Shown here one piece after another: positions 54,341 to 61,820 of a stretch of 61,820 nt of DNA (positions within the stretch are counted from its first letter, which is position 1; every line of letters begins with the position of its first letter). The DNA comes from Elsinoe ampelina. Taxonomy: Eukaryota. The position numbers were made by a program, and so were the translations under genes. The notes under the pieces were generated by a model that was not told the origin of the DNA, made no database searches, and saw only the letters and a program-made list of their open reading frames with translations. Location: NCBI GenBank assembly GCA_010093995.1, contig ML992502.1:1520635-1582454 (forward strand), given 5' to 3'.

Positions 54341-54745
54341 AGCGACCTAATATAGTTAAACTTAGTTTAATATAGAGAAACCTAATATTCTAACTCTCTA
54401 CGCTTAGGACTTTCGTAATGTAAGATTATATAGACTAACCTCTAGTATACTATATCCTTATTATAGCTACTAGTATAAGGCGTATGTCTCCTATAATACC
54501 GCTAGGAATTCTAAGGAAAGTAATATTATTGCTACCGATTAGCTTTAGCGCTATAGCGACTAGATAAACGCCCCTCTAGGAACTAGATTCCTAGGACTAC
54601 TACTACTAGACATTATACGAGATATATATAAGACCTTTATAAAAATACTTTAACTATCTTACGCCTACGTTACCTCCGAATAACACTATATATTATACAC
54701 TTCTAGTCGAGAGCTAAGAATAGCTCTCCTAGAGGAGGAGACAAT

Positions 54746-54932
54746 TATAAGAGCTTAGTATTAGAGCGGCACTTAGTAGCGGCTAGTCCCGCTTATATAA
54801 TATACTTAAATATCCTACGTAGCGCTTGCGCCCGGGGTTTAATAGCAATTAGTTCTACTACTAACGGACTGTTTAGTTAGATAGGCGTTCTCTATATTAC
54901 GATATATATAGCTTTAATACAAGGCTTTAATA
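54746..54932 (+). repeat. Gypsy-2 3' LTR
   Basis: 187-bp match to 16443-16629, preceded by a PPT. Confidence 0.92.
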
Positions 54933-55208
54933 AATAGACATTAGACCTATAAAGGTATAGCTATTATAGCGGAGTCTATAGAGCTAGTAGAAGATATAGT
55001 TATTCTACTCCTTATAGTAGTAAGGGTCGTTAGTAAAGTTAAGGTTATCTAATGTTATATATTTAGTAGAGAGCTTAAGGTAGTTAATATAAGAACTCTC
55101 CTTAATAAGAATAGAGTTAGAGTAACTAGAGAACAATAGCGAAGTACCTTTATACTAGATCTAGCTATAGTTAAGTCTACTAGAGGTAGTACTTACTAGA
55201 GAAGACAT
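54933..55208 (-). pseudogene. 5' part of a Gypsy-1 antisense ORF that continues at 16442 leftwards
   Basis: From ATG ~55208 (MSSLVSTTS...) the frame reads ...IGLMSI and joins in frame to YAAIVE...SAKKKRKREESNS at 16442. It continues past the solo LTR to ~15890. Confidence 0.6.
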
Positions 55209-55725
55209 ATTAAAAGAAGGTTTCTAACGGTGGAGAAAGAATAATAAGACATTAAAGAGATACTAGGAAATATTAGTATAAAATACAAGGTAGAGAGTAG
55301 AGAGCTATACTTTAGTAAAAGGGTTTTTAGAAGAAAGAGAAGAGATATTCTAATAAGAGAGAAGCCTTATATATATATTAGAGCGTTTTATTATCTTATT
55401 GTTATAGACAATAGAAGGCTCCTATACTAATTAAGAGAAAAAAGATATAAGAAGAAATAAGATAGCCTACTAATTATTATTATAGCTAGTATAATAGTAG
55501 CTAGGAGACGAGGGAATAACGTTATTATATATACTAGGTAAGGTAAATTTATATATAAAGTTAAGTAGAGCTATACTTTATATTCCTTACCTAATACTAA
55601 GACTCTATATATAGACCTCTATATACGGTATAACGACGCTCCGAAGGTAGTCTACTCTTTCTCTACTACTAGAGGGTTTTAATAAGAGACTAGCCTAAGG
55701 ATAGGCCTATAGAGAAGAAGGCAAT

Positions 55726-55909
55726 TATAACGGGAACTATAAACTTATAGCTAGTAGACAGACGTTAGAGATACGTTGTTCCGGCTATAATCCTATATAG
55801 TATATATAGTAGTAGTTTCTAACCCTCTATAGAGAGGTTAGGAATTTGTTGTTGTATTTATATAGTATATACTTCTTCTCTATTACTTCTCTATCTCGGA
55901 GACATTATA
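55726..55909 (+). repeat. Probable Gypsy-1 3' LTR (184 bp)
   Basis: Follows a PPT. Ends tataa...ttata (RIP of TGTAA...TTACA). Harbinger coding sequence starts abruptly after it. The partner LTR is not in the window. Confidence 0.65.
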
Positions 55910-56790
55910 CCTACCCTATCTAGATACTCTATTATAAATTCTTCTATTAAGCCTTATAAAGTCTCTTCTCTTTATATAACAAATATGTAGTGCTAATTAT
56001 ATCACTCTAAGTGCTACTAGATATCTAGATAAATTGTAAGTTTTAGTCTTACTTCTAAGGCTACGTTAGTGCTCTTTATAGTACTTATATCTACGCTTAT
56101 GTTCTTAGTAAGCAATTAGCTTAGAGAGATTAAAAAGGTAGCCTATTATAGAATATATTAGCAGTTATAAACTATAAGATAAAGTTTACCTACCTATTAC
56201 TAGGATAGAAGAGATCTACATATAATACTTAAGTACTTACTAACGCTTATACTAAGGGCTTCTCTACTCTAGAAGGCGCTTATTATCTCGCCGATACTAG
56301 ATATAGCAATTAGATTAACATCTTAGTACTCTATCGAGGTGTAAGGTACTACCTCTATAAATATAAGGCTACTAACTAATAGCCTTAAAGTCTAAAAGAG
56401 CTCTTTAATTTATACTACTTATAACTCTATACTATTGTTAAAAGAAGCTTTAGATTACTTAAAAGGTAGTAGCAGATACTAGATAAGTGATTTAAGTTCC
56501 CTTTAATACTTACGTAGGTGTAAATAGTATACTATCTAGCTATGCTTTATAACCTTTTACTAAGTATCTAGGTATCTATCTATCTTAAGGAGGAGAGAGA
56601 GAAGAAGAAGAAGAAGAAGGTCTCTAAGCCTATTAGCTATCTAATAGGTAAAGGGGAGCTAAATTTAAGTAACATATATATAGTTAAATATCGTAATAAG
56701 ATAGCTAAGAATATATAGCGTAACTACTAGCTTAAGCTATAGTAGCGCTAAGGTCGATAGAAAGGGGTAGTAAATAATATAGTATAATTA
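55910..56790 (+). pseudogene. Harbinger (DDE_Tnp_4/HARBI1-like) transposase, N-terminus missing
   Basis: De-RIP FQGCVGAL.GTHI, WRDRKG..SQNVLAV, GWEGSAHDAQVL, YLADAGY, PYRGVRYHL, KELFNLRHSQLR.IVERSFGLLKRRWQIL. Confidence 0.92.
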
Positions 56791-56949
56791 AATAATAGTT
56801 TCTAGTTATTTAACAATCGTTTAGCAGCTTCTATATTTAAATTAAATATATAATAAAGGTTATAAGTAAGTATAAAGAATTAAAGAGGCTATAAAAAAAA
56901 CCTTACTACCTGTCCTAAAAGAGTAATAGTTATATAAGAAGTTAACTTT

Positions 56950-58060
56950 AAGCTATAAAGGCTCTTTATTCTCCTTCTTCTCCTATTATACCTCTCTATC
57001 TACCTCGTCTTTAATAAGTATTATAAGTAGTAAGTTAGTCTATTTACTTATAAGCTTATATCTTATGCCTTTATCTAACTTAAGCTAGTACTCTACTGCC
57101 TCTTTTAAGGCTAGTAAAGCCTTTACCTTTATCGCTAGTATAAGATAAGTAAACTCCTTAGTAAATTTAGTAGTTGTATAAGTAGTAGCTAAAGGCCTTT
57201 TAGCTATCTTATTTAACCTCTTTATTACATTAAGAATAGCTTATATTATCTAGTTTATCTTATCTATCTTTCGCCTCTTATTTAAAACAATTAAGCTTAC
57301 TAGTATACCTATACGTAAGAAGGCTACTAGCGTTAAAGGTAGCTATATAAGGTAAGGGCTTAAAGACTAGCTAAATTTTATAGGCCTATCTAACTCCTCT
57401 ACTGTCTATAGTACCTTCTCCTTCTCCTTCTTCTCCTTACTAACCTTACGTATATTAGAAGAAGTAAGAGCGTACTTACTACTAGCTATAATATTACTCT
57501 AAAGCTTGTTACTAAGATCTAGCTACTTAAATTTGTAGTATTTGAATTTTTAAGCGCCGGTGTAAGAGGTAAAGTACTTCTCTATTATATAAGGCTTAGT
57601 ATATAGTATACTATTACTGTCTATTATCTAACTAGACTAGTAGTAAAGCGCTTTATAATTTAACTAATTCCCCTTTAAAGCTCTATACTTATTATAAACC
57701 TTCTCTTCTATTATATCGCTAGGTTCTATATACTATATTACTACTATAATAATTAGTATAGCCTACTAAAAGGTAATAGCTTTAAAGCTAGATTAAGCTT
57801 GTTTACTAGTAGCCTTCTCTCTTACTAAGAAACTAAGAAATGTAGAGACTATGTCTTTAGTCTAGCTACTATTAAATTGCTACGGCGCTAGCGTCGATAA
57901 CACTATAGAGGTTGCTTAGAAGGTTAGCTAGCTAGCTAGTAGCGCTATTAAGGTTATAATTGCAGTAGTAGAGGGAGTAGTAGAGGGGATAGTAGAGGAG
58001 GTAGATAAAGTGCTTCTTAAGAGGTGTTATATAAGGCTTTTACTTATACGTTTACTAAGA
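56950..58060 (-). pseudogene. Harbinger Myb/SANT-like DNA-binding protein
   Basis: Minus-strand de-RIP G...DSSFKA....AVL...K..Y.ALKGNWLDYKALYHQSGW...YFASH.GA.KFK (~57520-57850). Position opposite the transposase is typical of the superfamily. Confidence 0.72.
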
Positions 58061-58545
58061 CTAGCAAAAAGACTAGTTATCTATATATACAATTATAAGA
58101 GTAAGTGTAAACAACTAGCCTTAATAAGCTAACCTTACTCTATTAGGCCATCGAGTTAGTCTAGCTAGTTAAAAGCGCTACTAGAAGACTAACTATTAGT
58201 TATCGAAGGATACGTAAATTAGTTATCTATTACACCTTCCTAATTAAGTACAAAAAACTAGTTAAATTCGACAAAGGAGACGGCCCCTAAGGACCTTAGG
58301 GACTATCGATAAGAGTACTCTAAAAAGTCTAAGTACTTAGATCTTATAGAACGAATAGCTTCCTCTATATTTTACTATTATACTCTAAGGAACAAGTTAT
58401 AGCGTACGATAGCACATTTAGAAGTTAGCTTGTTATATAAAGCTATATTTCGATAGTTATATAAATCATCTTCGCTATAGAAAGATTAATACTTTACTAA
58501 ACTTCTCTTAGTTCGCTATCTCTCGTAGCTATAATAGGCTTTCTA

Positions 58546-61500
58546 TATTAACTTATGTAGGGGAGGAAAAAGGATTAATTACTACCTAATCCACTAAACT
58601 AAGGTAGATTATAACTACATAAATACTTAACCTAATAAACTAAGAGATAGATAAATTAATAGAACTCCTAAGTAATAACAGATTAAGACAATAACTATCT
58701 AATTTAATTATAAATTAGTAGAGTAGTAGATAAGTGTTTAGTTCTACTAGGGGATAAACTAAATTAGGGTCCTTCTTAGTACTCTAGCTTATACCTCGGT
58801 TAATATACCCCTTTACTAAATAGCTATAAGGCTGTTATAGCTAGTTAGTAGACTACTAACTCGAGGGATAGCTATTATAAGAAGGCCTTATACCTTCTAG
58901 GTAGCAATAACTTAGTTAATCTATTAGCTAAGGTGTCTACTAATAGTATCTATGTCACTAAGATAGAGCTAGATAGATCTCTAGCTAGATTAATCTCTTG
59001 TCTTAGCTAGTAATAATAGATATTAACATAATAAAGACGTGTATTAAGCTTCTTAATTAGACTAGTAATAAGGCCAATTATTTGCTAATTGTTATACTAA
59101 ATACTAATATGCTTAAGGGGATAGATAGAGGCTATTAGCCTCCTCTACTATATAGCTTACTTAGTAGTTTCTATAAGAGTAAGTAATTCTACTTCTATAC
59201 TTAAGGTTATAACTATTAGCTACTTAGTAGCCTTCTAGTTAATTAAGCCTTAGAACATCTTAAATAGATAGCCTTAAAGGCTCTTCCTTAAAGGGTAACT
59301 ACTAAAGCTAGTATCTAATAAGGCTTAGAAGATTAGAGGTAGTATTAAGCTATTAAAGGTAAGAGCTATATCTCTAGTTTTATAGAGATACTAAATTACT
59401 CTATTTACTAGCCTCTAGTAAGTTAGTAATAGATTTGTTAAATGCTCTAATAATCTAGAAGTAGCAAAGGTAACATTAGGCCTAGTAATAACTACTATAA
59501 AGTTAATAGATCTAACCTTCTATTAATATAGGTAGATCTCTTATAGTAATACTTAGCCCTTATAAGGCTAAAGCATCTCTATTAGTAGTAGTGTTAACAC
59601 TAGCCTTATTAGCTCTATAATAAACTTACTATATATCTGTTGTATATATTAGACTTAACTAAGCTAGAGTCTCTTTATTAGTCTATCCCTTGTAACTTAG
59701 ATAGCTAGAAACTAGCTTAGATCTCTAAGCACCTTTATCTCGTATTTAGTATAGAGAGCTATAATAATAGTATTAGCTTTCTCCTTGTACTTCTTAAGAT
59801 ATATAATAGTAATGTTATTCACAAAGAAGAAGATTATTACTTTAGGTATTATCTAGAGGTATAGAGCCTTAGGGGCTTAAGTAAATCTAATGCTCTTTAG
59901 AGTAGTAGTGAATTTAGTATACTAGAGAGCTAGGGCTTACTTTAGGCTATATAGTGCCTTATTAAGTAACAGGATTGCATCTAATAGAGCAATACTAGAG
60001 TAGTCCTTTATAAGCTCCTCTATAACTAACTTAAATCTAGAAGGGATAGTATAGTAGGTAGTCTTATTAATAGAGCTATTAATATAGGCATTAATAATAT
60101 CTATCTAGATAGCCTCTATATCTTTATAAGTAAGTAGAGCTATAAGCATTCTAAAGATCTTAGCTGCTAGAGTTGCTATATAAGTCTCTAACTCTATTAA
60201 TTATAGATTACCTCTTATATAAATCTTTACTTTATACTTTATAATCTCTCCTTTGTTATTAACCTTATAGGTAAACACCTATATTAAAGAAATAGGCTTA
60301 CTACTTGCTTAAGTAGCTAGTATAATAGTCTATGTGTGTTTAGAGTGTAAAGTAAGTAATTTAGCCTTTATAGCTTCTTAAAATTGCTTCTTATAAGGAT
60401 AAGCCTTAAGCTCTTTAATATTAGCTAGTAGTAGAGGGAGATTGTCCCTTAATTCTAGCTTATACTAAGTTAGCTATATTAATAGATAAGCATTAAAGGC
60501 TTAGTAATATCTAGGAGCCTTATTAGTTTATATAAGGGTAGTAATATATACTTACCTTCTTAGCTTCCTTGTTCTTCTTATAGTAAGGATATACTTAGGA
60601 AGAAGGTTAGCTAACCTTATAGCAATTCTTTAAGGGAGTTACTTAGGCTAAGCTTTAACTACCCCTTTAGTCTAAACTTCTATCTTATCTCCTTTAGCTT
60701 TATCTCCTCCTAGTAGTAGAGGAGATAGCTATACTACTATAGATAGTAGTAAGGCTAGAGCATTAAAGAACTATTTATTTAGTAAAGATTCCTAGATCTA
60801 AGCTAGGTTTAGATCTAGAATAGCCTTATCTAATTAGTCTAATAGAGGTAGTAACTAATCTAGTATAATAGAGTAACTCTTATCTAGCTACTAAGATAAG
60901 CTTAGCTCTTAATCTAGATTATACTAACTTAGAGTCTAAGATAGTATCTAGTTCGGCTACTAAACTAGATTCTAAACTAGATTCTAAACTAGATACTAAA
61001 CTAGATACTAAACTAGATACTAAACTAGATACTAAACTAGATACTAAACTAGATTTAGTTTAGTTGTTCCCTCTGCTTTATATACCCCTTTAGATTTATT
61101 AACCTTCTATAGGAGCCTTAGTAGATTAAGTAATCTAATTAGTTTTAGCTAAGGTTATTCCTCTAGCTTATAGAACTAAGTTTTATTAAATCTAATATCT
61201 CTTGTTCTAATAACCTTCTTAGAGGCTAGTATAAAGATCCTAAAGATGTTAGTTAAGTTATAGCTAACTAGATAGCTAATATAAGCCCTTAGTATAAGCT
61301 TATTACTACTTATAACAAGCTTATCTAAAGCATAAGCTTTATATCTAAGTAGCCTAAGATAAGCAACTAATAGAGGGTATCTATAAACTAGCTTAAAAGA
61401 AGTCTTCTAGTCTAGCTTCTTAAGAGGTATTCTATTAATTAGATAGGCTACTAATCTATATAGTTTAGAGTATAATTCTCTTAGTAGATTAGCAAAGATA

Positions 61501-61820
61501 GTAATTACCCTTACTCTCCTTAATAGTATAGCTCCTATCCTTTTATTATAATTATTCTAAGCTTAAGTATAGGGAGTAGATAGCTTATAATAGATTTCTT
61601 TACTGTCTAGGAAGATAGTAAATTTAAGGCTAAAGGCCCTCTTATTATTACTCCTAAGAAATCTAATTTTAAAGCTAAAATTACTTTTAATATAAGTAAT
61701 TATCTTAATATAGATTTTATTAATCTTATATCTATAAGTATAGGTAGTAACTAGTTAATAGTTAGTAGTCCTATAAGTAAAGTAGCTTATATATCTTACC
61801 TTATTATAGCTAGTAAATCT
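58546..61820 (-). mobile_element. Copia-2: Ty1/Copia retrotransposon, 3' part (integrase to 3' LTR), continues beyond window
   Basis: Minus-strand motifs: integrase STPYTQAQNG..ER.G (~61525-61585), FFFVDDI (~59810-59830), RNase H IWCDNQQ.I...RHVDI..HWLRQE (~58995-59105). PPT aaggggta (58806-58813). Probable 260-bp LTR at 58546-58805 with tattaac/gttaata ends. Confidence 0.9.
60959..61054 (+). repeat. Minisatellite, 8 x 12 bp (actaaactagat), in the Copia-2 integrase-RT linker
   Basis: Units at 60959, 60971, 60983, 60995, 61007, 61019, 61031 and 61043. Frame-preserving 4-codon repeat. Confidence 0.95.

Larger units (their letters stand above)
30092..54422 (+). mobile_element. Giant (~24.3 kb) Plavaka/CACTA-like TIR transposon with multi-gene cargo
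   Basis: Imperfect 29-bp TIR: tacattataaaatccctaacgctagagag (30092-30120) vs the reverse complement of 54394-54422 (tacattacgaaagtcctaagcgtagagag). 22/29 identical, and the first 12 nt differ only by transitions; ends revert to CAC..GTG. It sits between the Gypsy-2 3' region and its PPT/LTR and encloses a Plavaka transposase. TSD unresolved (aa vs ag). Confidence 0.8.
16443..54932 (+). mobile_element. Gypsy-2: chromodomain Ty3/Gypsy retrotransposon expanded to 38.5 kb by nested insertions
   Basis: 187-bp LTR pair at 16443-16629 and 54746-54932. PPT agaggaggagacaat precedes the second LTR. gag/pol follow the first LTR. No matching TSD (gcgta vs aatag). Confidence 0.85.
1..55909 (+). mobile_element. 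Gypsy-1: chromodomain Ty3/Gypsy LTR retrotransposon, RIP-degraded, 5' end outside window, host of most nested insertions
   Basis: pol pieces at 1-1433, 7192-8623 and 13883-~14840 rejoin across TSDs. The 3' region (14840-16442) resumes at 54933. A PPT (agagagaagggcaat, 55711-55725) precedes an LTR-like segment at 55726-55909. Confidence 0.75.
55910..58287 (+). mobile_element. PIF/Harbinger DNA transposon (3' portion; 5' end displaced by the Gypsy-1 nest)
   Basis: Convergent DDE transposase and Myb/SANT-like genes. Terminus ...gagacggcccc (58277-58287) is followed by TAA, the typical Harbinger target. Confidence 0.85.

Noticed and set aside
30092..54422. Starship element interpretation of the large insertion
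   Set aside because: No DUF3435 tyrosine-recombinase captain was recognised at either end; the unit has TIRs and a Plavaka DDE-type transposase instead.
58291..58545. 255-bp segment between the Harbinger end and the Copia-2 LTR
   Set aside because: RIP-like and probably part of an older host repeat, but too short to assign.
1..61820. Alternative genetic code (TAA/TAG read-through) or organellar/AT-rich parasite DNA explaining the lack of ORFs
   Set aside because: Sense codons are also systematically shifted by C>T/G>A (YxDD to YxDN/NN, ATG to ATA), and repeat copies differ mainly by transitions, which is RIP.

Overview
This is a fungal (Pezizomycotina-type) AT-rich block with no intact gene. 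TpA is extremely abundant, CpA/TpG are depleted, and every recognisable motif shows C>T/G>A damage, which is the signature of repeat-induced point mutation (RIP). Reading through the RIP, nearly the whole window resolves into one nest of transposons, and most boundaries are fixed by terminal repeats and target-site duplications (TSDs). A PIF/Harbinger element (55910-58287, 5' part outside the window) is interrupted by chromoviral Gypsy-1 (<1-55909). Gypsy-1 holds a 5.75-kb hAT element that carries an intron-containing histone H3-like gene (1434-7183), a full Copia (8624-13877), a Copia solo LTR, and Gypsy-2 (16443-54932). Gypsy-2 holds Gypsy-3 (21481-28504), a 434-bp foldback MITE, and a ~24.3-kb TIR-bounded Plavaka/CACTA-like element (30092-54422). 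That element carries a SNF2-family ATPase, two duplicated gene modules and several unknown genes. A second Copia runs off the right end. The two highlights are the giant cargo-carrying Plavaka element and the hAT-borne H3 variant lacking the K9/K27 motifs. All 'de-RIP' protein motifs are manual reconstructions made by reverting transitions, not database hits. Gene ends inside degenerate regions are approximate.
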